NCBI GenBank assembly: GCA_018819405.1 | Contig: JAHJQF010000001.1 | Span: forward strand, 907,377-971,376 | Reading direction: 5' to 3' | Origin: Patescibacteria group bacterium | Lineage (GTDB): Bacteria; Patescibacteriota; Patescibacteriia; UBA1558; GWA2-36-10 | DNA length: 64,000 nt | Shown: one piece after another, positions 9,607 through 20,184 of the stretch | Layout: each line of letters starts with the position of its first letter | Numbering within the stretch: position 1 is the first letter of the stretch | Notes under the pieces: generated by a model | The model's input: the letters and a program-made list of their open reading frames with translations, nothing else | Databases searched by the model: none | Told to the model about the DNA's origin: nothing | Translations under genes and position numbers: made by a program

Positions 9607-11589
9607 CTAATCTATTTTATCTAATAAAAGATCTACTATACCCTGATCATCTTCACCAGGTAAAAATCCTCTATCAACCGCCTTTTGGTAGTAATCATAG
9701 GCCAATTCTATATCTCCCAAAAATATATAAATTTTAGCTAAGTACCAATAGCCATAATAAAGCTCTGGATCATCATTAATAATTTTTTCCATTAAACTTT
9801 TAGCTTCATCAATTCTTTCCTCTTGTATTAAATAATTAAAATACAAAAAATTGAGTTCTTGTTTTTTGTCACTGACTTGACTAGCTCTAGCAAAAACCGA
9901 TTCTATTTTTTTTGTTCTGTCTTCAAAAATATTTAAAATAATATTTACCCGCAACAAAAATAAATAATCAAAAGTATTGTTTGGATTATAGTTTTGCAAA
10001 TTATTATCTACTCTTTCTTCTAAAGAATACAACAAACTTACATAGTCTTCTTTTTGCTCTGCACTGACGCTAGCTCCTATCCAATATTTTATATAGTCTC
10101 TAACTATCTCTCTATGCATTGGCCCCATGGAATCCAAACTATCTTCTGTCAGCTCCATGGCCTCTACAATATTTCGATACTGAATTAACACCCTGACTTT
10201 ATCATCAAGACGATTGGCTTGATAAGTTTTGATATTACCATAAAAAAGTGACCACAATGAAAATACTATTAGTAATAAAGCCAAAATATTTACTAACCAT
10301 ATCTTTGTCTGCGACATCTCTATCTCATTTTGTTTGTGACCATAGCTAGCATAAACTACAAAAGCCAAAGATAAAAATAACCAAAAATAAAAAGCTGGAT
10401 GTAAAAAGGAAAAAAATAATTGAGCTAGTATAGAAATTACCAAAGCCAAAAGTAAACTAAAAAATATTTTATATTGCGATTGCTTTATTTCTCTAATTAA
10501 CTTGATAATAGCTAAAACAAAAATAGATAAAAAAGAAGCAACACCCAAAATACCCAAGCCCACTAAAATATCCAAATAATAGTTATGAGCTGAATCAAAA
10601 AAAGTGTCCCCCCAACCACGACGCAAAAATTCTGCCTTGTAATGCAGATGAAAAGCTGTAGAAAAATTAGCAAAACCCCAACCCAGAGGTCTTTCCTTGA
10701 AAGATTCTAGAGCAATATCAGCTGCCAAAATACGATTAGAGACTGTTTCCCCAAGATTTTTTATATCTGAAAGATTATTTACAATGGGAATATTTTTTAT
10801 CAAAACATTTTCTGGTGAAAATATACCTCCCAAAACCAAAAATATGCCAATGATGATAATTCCCAAAAAGGAAAACTTAATCTGTTTGTTTTTGGCTATA
10901 AAGATATAAAACAAAGAAAACACAGCAAGCCCTAAAACCAAAGACAAAAATGGTCCTCTGCTACCTGAAACAAAAATACCCAATATTGATAAAAAGGCTA
11001 AGGCATAGGCGCTATATCTTTCCCATTTTATCTTGGTTAAAAAAGAAAACAAAATACTAAACCAAAATAAAAATAAAGAATATTCACCAAAATATATTGG
11101 ATTGCCTAGAGTACCAGAGACTCTAGATACTCCCAATGTTTGAGCTTCATAAAATCCTTTTAGTAGTACAAAAATAGAAACTACCAAAAGAGAACGCAAA
11201 AAGATGTACCAGTCTTTCTCACCAAATATAGTAATCAGTAAAATAGTAAAAATAAAATAATGCAGCAAGGAAAATAGGCCATCCATTCGCTCGTGACCAC
11301 CCCAAAAACTAAAATTCCAATCTACTCCAAAATAAGAGACTATTATAGCTAATAGTAAAAACAAAGAAGCACTAATAGTAAAAAAATTAAAGCACGGTAA
11401 ATATTCTTTGTATTTTAAAACTAAAATTAAATAAAAAATAAAAGCCAAATCTACTAAAACCCTAAAATAAATAACTTTTGTAAAGATAAAAGGAAAAATA
11501 ACTTTAGCATCCACTATCAAAGGCATCGCTAATATAGCAAATAGTAAAATTTTTATTAGCAAAAGAATTTTTTGCTTATTAAACATCAA
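9607..11589 (-). CDS. O-antigen ligase family membrane protein with TPR
   Basis: ERMDG, GTLGNPIY, SGSRG, GWGFANF, DSAHN. Confidence 0.85.
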   Translation of the reverse strand: MMFNKQKILLLIKILLFAILAMPLIVDAKVIFPFIFTKVIYFRVLVDLAFIFYLILVLKYKEYLPCFNFFTISASLFLLLAIIVSYFGVDWNFSFWGGHERMDGLFSLLHYFIFTILLITIFGEKDWYIFLRSLLVVSIFVLLKGFYEAQTLGVSRVSGTLGNPIYFGEYSLFLFWFSILFSFLTKIKWERYSAYALAFLSILGIFVSGSRGPFLSLVLGLAVFSLFYIFIAKNKQIKFSFLGIIIIGIFLVLGGIFSPENVLIKNIPIVNNLSDIKNLGETVSNRILAADIALESFKERPLGWGFANFSTAFHLHYKAEFLRRGWGDTFFDSAHNYYLDILVGLGILGVASFLSIFVLAIIKLIREIKQSQYKIFFSLLLALVISILAQLFFSFLHPAFYFWLFLSLAFVVYASYGHKQNEIEMSQTKIWLVNILALLLIVFSLWSLFYGNIKTYQANRLDDKVRVLIQYRNIVEAMELTEDSLDSMGPMHREIVRDYIKYWIGASVSAEQKEDYVSLLYSLEERVDNNLQNYNPNNTFDYLFLLRVNIILNIFEDRTKKIESVFARASQVSDKKQELNFLYFNYLIQEERIDEAKSLMEKIINDDPELYYGYWYLAKIYIFLGDIELAYDYYQKAVDRGFLPGEDDQGIVDLLLDKID

Positions 11590-11593
11590 AAAA

Positions 11594-12268
11594 TTATTTT
11601 AATTTATCTTCTAATTCATCTATAAATACTTGAAACTGTGGATAATTATCTACTAAACTTTCATAAATATCCAAAGCTCCTTGGTAATCACCCGTATCTT
11701 TTAAATAACCAGCCTTCAATTGTAATAATGGCGCTTTTTCTACAGCTCTGGCCAAGGCTCTGTCCAATAAACCAATTATCTCTTCTGGACTTTTATCCAA
11801 TTTATAACGATATAAATCAAATAATCTCTTATTGGTATCAAATTCTGCTGGGCTTATATCAAGGGCTCTCAAATATTGCTCTTCTGCCAAAGCATAATCC
11901 CCTAAAATCTCATAAATAAGGCCTATATTATTTATAGGCAAAATATTAGTGTCGCCTGCCAAATCTTCTGCCTTTTTATAAGCTTCTATGGCATATTGAT
12001 AATCCTGATTATCTTTGGTCACGTCTGCTATTGATTTCCAGGAAAAACCCATTTTGATAAAGTGCCCAATAGCCTCCTCTTCATTATATGAGGAGTTATT
12101 AAGTTCTTTTAGCTCTGCTATAGATTCTGTCGTCCTATCATCGCCTGATAACTCGATAATACGCTGCTCCCCTATAATTCCACTGTCTCTATCTCTGATT
12201 ATAAAAAATACCATTAATACAGCCACTATTAATACTAACAATATAAATCCTATTTTTTTCATACTCAT
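11594..12268 (-). CDS. Membrane-anchored TPR protein
   Basis: N-terminal TM; NNIGLIYEILGDYALAEEQYLRALDISP TPR motif. Confidence 0.75.
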   Translation of the reverse strand: MSMKKIGFILLVLIVAVLMVFFIIRDRDSGIIGEQRIIELSGDDRTTESIAELKELNNSSYNEEEAIGHFIKMGFSWKSIADVTKDNQDYQYAIEAYKKAEDLAGDTNILPINNIGLIYEILGDYALAEEQYLRALDISPAEFDTNKRLFDLYRYKLDKSPEEIIGLLDRALARAVEKAPLLQLKAGYLKDTGDYQGALDIYESLVDNYPQFQVFIDELEDKLK

Positions 12269-12279
12269 AATTAAATTAA

Positions 12280-14472
12280 TTATAATTTTATATTATTTTG
12301 TTCCAAAAAAGCTTTCGCTTCCTCTACTAAGCTTGGATCAATTTCCACTGCCTTATATATATATTCCACTACTTTATCTTCATTGCCAATGGCTACATAC
12401 ACAGCCGCCAACCTAGCATACCAATCCGCGCTATCTGGTTCACGCTGTATCAACAACTCATATAAAGGCACTATTTTTTCATATTCTTCAAGTTCAGCGT
12501 ATATGTCAATCAAAAACAATATATTATTTTTCTTACTTAGTTCAAAACCTAAATCAATGGCTTGTTCAAAAAAAAGTGCTGCCTGAGACAAATCATCCTT
12601 AGCAAATAAAACAGCTCCCAAGAGCCAGTGTGGTTCGGCCAACATATCATCCTGTTTTATCAAATCACGCAGTACATTCTCCGCTTCATCTATTCTCTGT
12701 AAAGATAATAAATATCTGGACTCAAGAAAAACTACATACTGATGATCATTATTAAAAGTTTTAGCCTTTTCTAAGTGCTCTAAAGCTTTTTCAAAATAAA
12801 TATTACCTGCTCCATATTCCCCTTTATCGCCATAAAGTCTAGCTAACCAAAAATTTATCAAATAATTATCCCCCAAACTATTATTTTTGTCTTCTAAAAC
12901 TAAAATTAAATCATCAGTTATTTCAGATAGATCTACTACAGATCTTAAGCTTCTATCAAATTTTAATAAGTCTACAGATACATGAATGGATTGCTCCCAA
13001 TCATAAGAACCTTTATACTCCAAAGCATTTTTTGCCTGGCTCTGCCATTTTACAATCTCACCAGTTTCCGCATAATTTCTGACGGCGAGTAAATTATTGG
13101 ACATTTTTAATGTGCTACAGCTCCAAAATAAGGACAATACTGCGAGGCATAGTAAGATTGCACCTAAAAAATTCTTATACACATTCTTCCTAAATTCTTT
13201 TTTCTCTCCTTGCCCATACTGTAATCCAGCTAAAAGAATAGTCAACCCCCATAAAGTATTTGATGTCTCCGCAACAAACATAGCTTGAATTATGTAAGCC
13301 ACACCAACTGATACCATCAGAATAAACAAAAATTTATTTTCCTTAAAAATAAGAGTATAAATTCTTTTGAATACCAATATTATAATAAACAAAACTGACA
13401 ACATTGCAAAGATACCACCAGAGACCATAACTTCTAAAAATTCGTTGTGGGGTATATCCCAAACAGTTTCTCCTAAGCCATAATCCAAAAAATCGGGGTT
13501 GTAAAATTTATCAAAAGTATGTTGAAAATTACTAAGCCCCCAACCCATAATAGGCCTATTCAAAAATCCCTGCCAAGCTATATCCCAAGCCATAAGTCGG
13601 GTATTGGCTCCTAAACTGTCTACTGATAAATTAAAAATTTGAGCTATAGTGGCTGGGAGATGCTGTCTGACCGTACTACCCCATGGAGAATAAAGATAAG
13701 CTACTATACTAACCATTATTAATAATGCCGCTATTCCTACCGTCTTTATCTTTTTATTTTTAAAAAGCAATATACAGCCAATAAATAAAAATAATAGCGC
13801 TACAAAAAAAGCTAATACAGCGCCTCTGGAACCAGAAGCAAAGATAGTCGGTACACTGAATATAAGATTCAAATAATAAAAGTATTGCCAATTTTTGGAA
13901 TATTTATCTTTGAATATAGCCAAACAAATTAATAAGATAAAACTCCACAAATAAGAAGCTAAGAATATAGAATTACCAAATATTCCATTTAAACGACTGT
14001 ATCCTCCAACTACTATGCCCTCAAACAAAGGGATCATAGGCCCCAACCAAGCAATGATAATAGATAAAAACCCAACCACTGCTATGATCCTGAAAATCCT
14101 AATCCAGTCTTGAATAACAAAAAATTGCCTGAGTAATAAATAATAAATATAAAAATGAATGAGTATTATAAATCCGTTTGCCCGAACCATGGTACCAAAA
14201 AATGCTCTTTCTACATCAAAAGCAAAAATACTCGACAATAAAAATATACCAAATAAAATAGAAATGGATATATCCAATCTATCAAATGATCTAATTTCTA
14301 ATTCCTTTCTTCTCAAAAAATCTATAACAACTAAAACCACAATAATATCAACTAAAATAACAAACAAAATCGTCTTGCCAAAATGCCAGGGCTGGAACGT
14401 AAAAGAAGTAAAAACAAGCGGCAAAATGGCCGGTATTAGAAGTAAATAGTTTCTTATTTTCTCTAAATTCAT
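12280..14472 (-). CDS. O-antigen ligase family membrane protein with TPR
   Basis: GIFGNSIF, SGSRGA, GWGLSNF, DIPHN; several C-terminal TPRs. Confidence 0.85.
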   Translation of the reverse strand: MNLEKIRNYLLLIPAILPLVFTSFTFQPWHFGKTILFVILVDIIVVLVVIDFLRRKELEIRSFDRLDISISILFGIFLLSSIFAFDVERAFFGTMVRANGFIILIHFYIYYLLLRQFFVIQDWIRIFRIIAVVGFLSIIIAWLGPMIPLFEGIVVGGYSRLNGIFGNSIFLASYLWSFILLICLAIFKDKYSKNWQYFYYLNLIFSVPTIFASGSRGAVLAFFVALLFLFIGCILLFKNKKIKTVGIAALLIMVSIVAYLYSPWGSTVRQHLPATIAQIFNLSVDSLGANTRLMAWDIAWQGFLNRPIMGWGLSNFQHTFDKFYNPDFLDYGLGETVWDIPHNEFLEVMVSGGIFAMLSVLFIIILVFKRIYTLIFKENKFLFILMVSVGVAYIIQAMFVAETSNTLWGLTILLAGLQYGQGEKKEFRKNVYKNFLGAILLCLAVLSLFWSCSTLKMSNNLLAVRNYAETGEIVKWQSQAKNALEYKGSYDWEQSIHVSVDLLKFDRSLRSVVDLSEITDDLILVLEDKNNSLGDNYLINFWLARLYGDKGEYGAGNIYFEKALEHLEKAKTFNNDHQYVVFLESRYLLSLQRIDEAENVLRDLIKQDDMLAEPHWLLGAVLFAKDDLSQAALFFEQAIDLGFELSKKNNILFLIDIYAELEEYEKIVPLYELLIQREPDSADWYARLAAVYVAIGNEDKVVEYIYKAVEIDPSLVEEAKAFLEQNNIKL

Positions 14473-14504
14473 AACTATATAATAGCTTAAAATAAGACAA
14501 AAAT

Positions 14505-14537
14505 AAAGCCCCGCCCTCGTAAGAGGGCGGGGCTTTT
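14505..14537 (-). terminator. Rho-independent terminator of the surface-protein gene
   Basis: AAAGCCCCGCCCTC-GTAA-GAGGGCGGGGCTTT hairpin. Confidence 0.8.
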
Positions 14538-14571
14538 ATCTAGCAACCTAGATACTAAAACTTGGCTAAAA

Positions 14572-17500
14572 TTAGTAAGTCAAAGTATAAGGTGTTAGAG
14601 GTAATGAATTGACAGTAGTGATTGAAGAAGTCACACCATCAGTCCATATAACATCGCCAGCTTCTAAACTAATAGACAAGCTATCAGTTGAAGCAGCGTC
14701 GTTGGTGTCTAAGGTTACCCAGAAGGTCTTAGAAGCACCAGCAGTAATCTCAACATCAATGAAAGTGCTAATGCCTGTATCACTAAAGTTTTGATTAGAT
14801 CCACCACCAAAATTGGTTGTAGCTAAAGCTGTAGTGGCTAGACTGTCTTTATAGATAGTCAAAGCTCGGGTAGTAGCAGCTGGGATTGAAATACCAGTCT
14901 GATCCATACCAACATTCATAGTCTCTATAGTGGCTGAATAAGCTCCTACGTTAGAACTATTTGTTACTACAAACTTGGCTACTGTTTTACCAGTACCACC
15001 TGTGCTTGCACCTGATGGAGAATCAGAGGCAAAGGTAGCTGTTAGTTTGGTTCTGTATACTGTCATTTGGTTAGTAGTGACATCAGCATCTGGAGAAGCT
15101 GAGAAGTCCAAAGTACCACCAGTTAACTCAGTACCAGAACCAACGCCGAAGGCTGTGACGCCCTCATTGCCACTACTGTAGTTGGCCAAAATAGCCAAAG
15201 TGTGTGTGGAAGCAGAAACCGCACCGTCGCTATATGGTGAAACGTCAGCTTTCACAGTAACTATAACAGTAGAAGAAACTGGGATATTGATATCCAAACT
15301 ACTAAATGTGGCATGAACATAAGTAGATGTAGCACTGGTAGTGTCTAACTGCACAGTATTACCAACCTGCTCACCACCAACATAAAGTTTTAGGTTCTTC
15401 AAAGTACCAGTAGCAGCATCAGAAACATTGTCGCTGATTACCAATTCAGTAATATTGACAGCTTCTGAAGCATCGGCGGTCAATCTAAACTTGGCTACTT
15501 CATAACCAGTAGCACCCATGACCAATTGCTGGGCAATGGCTGTATCTGGATCAGCAGTAATGGTCAAATTACCAGCAGCGGCAATATAACCATTTTGCAA
15601 ATTTGTATCAGTTGAATAGCTAGCATCAGCAGAGGTGTTAACACCAGTAGCTGTGATAGAATCCACTATGATGACTGGACTCAAAACTGTAGCCGAGTCT
15701 TGGACTGATGATTTAATGTCAGCATAAACATCAACTACATATTGTTCGCCAGAAGCGATTCTGACAGCTGGGCTTGGTGAGAATGAATATGAAGTGGCTG
15801 TACCACCGGCATTCAAATTACCAATGGTTGTACCCAATTGAGTGCTGCTATGCATCAACTTCAAGTTTTGGAAGTTGTCTCCCATTTGAGAAACAGCTGA
15901 AGCATCCAACATAGCAATTTGAGTGACATCAACAGCTTCACCAGAACCAGCGGTGATGGTGAATGAAGCAATCTTTGCTCCAGTAGCACCAGCTACACCA
16001 GTTGGATTGCTTGAGCTCTTGTCACCAAAGGCTGTATTTTCAGCTACAGAGACTGTACCTGATTTGACAGTCAATAGACGGCCAGCTTGAGCAGTGGTGC
16101 TCAAAGAAGTCAAAGTTGACTGACCAACAGCATTGGATGAACCAGCTTGCAAGTCGATCCTATAAGTATCATTTACGCCAACTGTAGAATCGCTGGTATC
16201 AGCTACTACAGTAACATATTTATACTCACCATTTGGTACTACAAAAGTATTACCAAAACTATAGGTGGTTGAATCAGTACCGTCATCGCACTTCAAAGTG
16301 GAGTCAGTAGTACCGATCTGTGAACCATCCAATAACAATTTTACATTGTCTAAATAACTAACAGCATCAGAACTATAACAATCAATTGTTAAGCTCTCAA
16401 CCTTTACATCCTCGCCAGCAGCATAAAAGCTGTATTTGGCAAGTGTAACTCCACTGGCAGCATCAGCAATGTTGCCTGATGGCGAGTCAGTGGCCAGACC
16501 AACAGTAATGGTTCCACTATCAATAGTGGTACCAGAACCTGTGGTTGGTTGTACTACACCAAAGGCAGTAATAGTGCCAGTGATTGTGAAGGTATTAAAT
16601 ACACCATATTCAGTGTCATAGACTGAAACGTCTGATGATTTCTGAATAGTGAATTTAAAGGTGCGACCAGCACCGCCCATCATATCACCACGTAAAATCA
16701 AAACTTTAGTTTGACCTGAAGTGATTGTTAATGGATCACCAGATAAGTCAAAGACAACTGAGTTGTCAGCGCCAATTTCAACTGTACTACCAACTTGAAC
16801 ACCAGCTACTTCTAACTTCAAATTTTGAATATCAGTAGAAGCAATAGTGCCCACCATAGTCATTCTGATGCGACTTATTTCCATATCCTGATCAGTAGCT
16901 GTCAAATTCATCCTCCAAAGCTCTCTATTGGCTTCGTCGGCTTTAACAGTTGTTGGATAAGTTTTATAAGATGTAGCATGTACATGACCTAGGTCAGCTA
17001 CAGCGGTTGTTTCCATGACATTACCTGTCAATGGAAAACTACCATTAATAGCACCACCGGCAGTAACTACATCTGAAGCGCTATTAAGACCAAAAGCAAT
17101 GGTTTTGCCAGCTACTACAGAAGTAGAGCCTCTGGCCAAATCACCCTTCAAAGTAATAACTTTACTTGAACCAGCAGGCACTGTAAATAGACCGGCTGAA
17201 TTACTGAAAGTAACTACTTTATCACTGAATGAAGTGTACTCAGCTAAACGAGTATCACCTTCATATAGATACAAAGTGCCTAAGTCAGCATCAGAAGCAA
17301 TTCCAGTACGAGTAAACTTAAGAGTGTTTACTTGTGAAGCTTCAGATCCAGCAGTAAATTTTACTGTTGTAAATGGAATTAAAGCTTGTGGATATTCATT
17401 GGCTGTACTATCAGATAAAATCTGACTAGCTCCTGGGGTGTTGTACAAAGCAACACTTACGTCACCACCAATAACTACTGGAGGTTGTGATGTTTCGCCT

Positions 17501-18183
17501 GGCATATAGCCTGACAAAGCGGCTTCTTCACCGGTGATAGATTCACCAGTTGAATAACCTGATACGCTTGATACTGTGACAGCATTGCTGTATACGAAGC
17601 CATTGGCTTCAAAAGCATCTCCGTCAGCAAATGGTCTGACCATTCCACCTTCTACATAATAGTAGTCACTGCCCATTTTGAGCAATGTACCATCTGGATA
17701 GGTGTTTGATAAGTCAGAACCTGAAGTGTAGCTTGATGAAAAGTAGCCTGGAATAGCATCCAAAACTCTTGTATACCAAGTTGCACCGTATAGTGTTTCA
17801 GCTACTTCAGCAGTTGGAATCCAGTGTAGTACTCCGCCTGGACTTACTGCGTAAATTTTAGCTGTATTAGAGTGGGTGATTAGTTTAGTACCTGGTCTAT
17901 AGGTAACAGCACCACCATCTTGATACATATCCAATTCTGAAACTGGAACTCTGACAACATCGTCAAAGTTTGCGTACCAAGTGTAGTATGTCTTCTGATC
18001 TGGGAAGACATATTTCATGCCGTCTGAACCAATGTAGTAAACAGCAGCACCTGAAACTCCTTCTAGAGCAAGCAGTGAGCCTGCTCCATAGTTACCTTCT
18101 GCCTTTACGGTTAATCCACCAAGGGACCATAGGACAGTGGTAACCACTAAAGAAAACACCAATAATTTTTTTACTAAGCTCAT
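14572..18183 (-). CDS. Large secreted S-layer-like surface protein
   Basis: Signal peptide; CPR-type AVYYIGSDGMKYVFP..YYTWY N-terminal domain; S/T/G/V-rich beta repeats; strong SD AAGGAG; own terminator. Confidence 0.75.
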   Translation of the reverse strand: MSLVKKLLVFSLVVTTVLWSLGGLTVKAEGNYGAGSLLALEGVSGAAVYYIGSDGMKYVFPDQKTYYTWYANFDDVVRVPVSELDMYQDGGAVTYRPGTKLITHSNTAKIYAVSPGGVLHWIPTAEVAETLYGATWYTRVLDAIPGYFSSSYTSGSDLSNTYPDGTLLKMGSDYYYVEGGMVRPFADGDAFEANGFVYSNAVTVSSVSGYSTGESITGEEAALSGYMPGETSQPPVVIGGDVSVALYNTPGASQILSDSTANEYPQALIPFTTVKFTAGSEASQVNTLKFTRTGIASDADLGTLYLYEGDTRLAEYTSFSDKVVTFSNSAGLFTVPAGSSKVITLKGDLARGSTSVVAGKTIAFGLNSASDVVTAGGAINGSFPLTGNVMETTAVADLGHVHATSYKTYPTTVKADEANRELWRMNLTATDQDMEISRIRMTMVGTIASTDIQNLKLEVAGVQVGSTVEIGADNSVVFDLSGDPLTITSGQTKVLILRGDMMGGAGRTFKFTIQKSSDVSVYDTEYGVFNTFTITGTITAFGVVQPTTGSGTTIDSGTITVGLATDSPSGNIADAASGVTLAKYSFYAAGEDVKVESLTIDCYSSDAVSYLDNVKLLLDGSQIGTTDSTLKCDDGTDSTTYSFGNTFVVPNGEYKYVTVVADTSDSTVGVNDTYRIDLQAGSSNAVGQSTLTSLSTTAQAGRLLTVKSGTVSVAENTAFGDKSSSNPTGVAGATGAKIASFTITAGSGEAVDVTQIAMLDASAVSQMGDNFQNLKLMHSSTQLGTTIGNLNAGGTATSYSFSPSPAVRIASGEQYVVDVYADIKSSVQDSATVLSPVIIVDSITATGVNTSADASYSTDTNLQNGYIAAAGNLTITADPDTAIAQQLVMGATGYEVAKFRLTADASEAVNITELVISDNVSDAATGTLKNLKLYVGGEQVGNTVQLDTTSATSTYVHATFSSLDINIPVSSTVIVTVKADVSPYSDGAVSASTHTLAILANYSSGNEGVTAFGVGSGTELTGGTLDFSASPDADVTTNQMTVYRTKLTATFASDSPSGASTGGTGKTVAKFVVTNSSNVGAYSATIETMNVGMDQTGISIPAATTRALTIYKDSLATTALATTNFGGGSNQNFSDTGISTFIDVEITAGASKTFWVTLDTNDAASTDSLSISLEAGDVIWTDGVTSSITTVNSLPLTPYTLTY

Positions 18184-18199
18184 TTGTTTTCTCCTTTTA

Positions 18200-18590
18200 A
18201 AAGTTCTCTAGATACCATCTTAACCGTTGAATTATAGACACCCTCTGTACGCGATATATCAGCGGGCTAAAACCATTGACTTTAGCGCCCACGGCATGTG
18301 CCATGCCGACCTTTCTGGTCAACTAAAGTAATAGGCCTACAAATCAAACTGGAAAAAATAAATTATCTAGGAACACTAATTAAATTTCCCAATAAGCGTA
18401 CGTACGCTTATGGGATACAAACCCTAATTCGCGCGCGATTAGCGATAAGTTAGGGATATCAAACTTCTGTTTTAAAAAATCTGATACCCACAACCTATCG
18501 CGACGCGTCCTACGTGGACACAGGCAAATATAGGGTTTATGTAAGTTATTTAGCTCGGACTCGACTAAGCCTAAGCTTTGTTAATTATTA
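18200..18590 (-). promoter_or_regulatory. Long structured 5' leader of the surface-protein gene
   Basis: About 410-bp non-coding gap with several stems, e.g. CGGCATG/CATGCCG, ATAAGCGTACGTACGCTTAT, GCGATAAGTTAGGGATATCA/TGATACCCCAACCTATCGC. Confidence 0.55.
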
Positions 18591-18598
18591 ATATTGAA

Positions 18599-19972
18599 TT
18601 AGTAAAGTTCGTTATCAGTCACAGCCTGTTTGGGATCCAAAAGTGGATCTACCTTTATAGCCGAGGCTTGCAAATCAGTATTTATCTCCGGAGTTTGAGG
18701 CACATCATCTGATTTGGTTTCAGTCTCTGAGTCATTTTCATCTGTACTAGATGTGTTGTCATCACTTGTTTCAAGTAAATCTGCTCCCAAGATATTATTA
18801 TTATTTATGGCATCCTCAATTTCTTTTAATACCACTTCTGCTCTTTGATATTCTTCTTTTATTTGAGCAATCATTTCATAAGCATTGCGCAAAAATCCAT
18901 CTTCTAGCAAAGCTTTGGCCTCATCAAGTATCAAAGCTACTTCTTCTGAATTATTAATATCTAGCCTTTCCAGCTCACCACTAGCTTGATTGACAGCCAT
19001 ATTTTCTTTTTTCAAAGTGGAGCCATCTTCAGCTCCGGCTACCTCAGCCATTTGCTTTACAGTATCAACTTCTTGGCTAGTTTCATCTATTTCTGAAGCA
19101 ATTATTCCTTTGACTAAATTTTTGACTGATTCAGCATCTTTTTCACTGGTAGTATTATGATTGGTGTTGCCAACAAATTCACTGGTAGTAGTCTCATTGT
19201 TTATATTATTTTCAACATCAGTCTTGTCCTGCTCAGCATGACTAGCGGCCAATACTTCTTCGTGAACTTCCAGAGCTAGAGCAACCGCTTTGTCTTTGGA
19301 CACCTTATTGGCTGCTTGTGCACTATTGAGAGCATCGGAAATATTTTGGTCAGCTGAGGCAACTTCTTTTTTCTTTTTTAGATTGTTATCAACTTCTTTA
19401 CTAGCATCAGTGACTTTTTTTACCAATTCCACTACTTCTAGAGGTTTTTTTTCTTCTTTGGCTATTTTTAGTGAGCTATCAACTGCTACCACATCTTTGG
19501 TAAAATGAATCACAGCTTGTTTGATAGCTTTTTCTTGTTTTTCTGGAGTGCTATTTTCAGAGCCCAATATTTTATCAATTTCATTCAAACGCTCATTAAT
19601 ATGTTTGATATAGATTTCAGTTTCTTTGATTGGACTAAAAGTCAAAGTAATTTCGGCTTTTTCTATAGATCTCTTGATTGGCCAAAAAGCCTGACCTGGC
19701 ACAGAAGCCTGAGCAGTGTAGCTAACACCTGTACCCATCACTATGATCAAAAAAACCGCTACCGCTCTACTAAAAGAAGGAGCCAACTTATTTAAAAGTC
19801 TGGAAGCAAACAAATCCAGCTTTTCCTTGCGGTCCAGCTTTTGTGCCTGCATCAGTCTGTTTTGAGAAGCTATTTCTGACAACAGATCAAATTTGGTTGT
19901 GGACTCCCATCTCTTATCCGGTTGAATGGACTTGAGATTTCTAATGTGGGAGATTTTTTTAGTTAAACTCAT
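18599..19972 (-). CDS. DUF5667-type putative anti-sigma factor
   Basis: TM followed by AQASVPGQAFWPIKRSIEK..ERLNE; directly downstream of ECF sigma. Confidence 0.7.
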   Translation of the reverse strand: MSLTKKISHIRNLKSIQPDKRWESTTKFDLLSEIASQNRLMQAQKLDRKEKLDLFASRLLNKLAPSFSRAVAVFLIIVMGTGVSYTAQASVPGQAFWPIKRSIEKAEITLTFSPIKETEIYIKHINERLNEIDKILGSENSTPEKQEKAIKQAVIHFTKDVVAVDSSLKIAKEEKKPLEVVELVKKVTDASKEVDNNLKKKKEVASADQNISDALNSAQAANKVSKDKAVALALEVHEEVLAASHAEQDKTDVENNINNETTTSEFVGNTNHNTTSEKDAESVKNLVKGIIASEIDETSQEVDTVKQMAEVAGAEDGSTLKKENMAVNQASGELERLDINNSEEVALILDEAKALLEDGFLRNAYEMIAQIKEEYQRAEVVLKEIEDAINNNNILGADLLETSDDNTSSTDENDSETETKSDDVPQTPEINTDLQASAIKVDPLLDPKQAVTDNELY

Positions 19973-19983
19973 AGTTTTTATGC

Positions 19984-20184
19984 GCGATTATTTTATTCAC
20001 TCCTTGTCATTCCGGACTCGCTCCGGAATCTACAAACTTTTAGTTTCCCGCTTGCGCGAGAATGACGAGAAGAGGTTAGCGATTATTTTATGCACTCCTT
20101 GTCATTCCGGACTCGCTCCGGAATCTACAAACTTTTAGTTTCCCGCTTGCGCGAGAATGACGAGAAGAGGTTAGCGATTATTTT
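19984..20184. repeat. Tandem 95-bp duplication, each unit carrying a TGTCATTCCGGA REP-like palindrome
   Basis: GCGATTATTTT recurs at 19984, 20079 and 20174; units nearly identical. Confidence 0.9.

Noticed and set aside
19984-20184. Possible CRISPR array
   Set aside because: Units are near-identical with no variable spacers, and no cas genes are present
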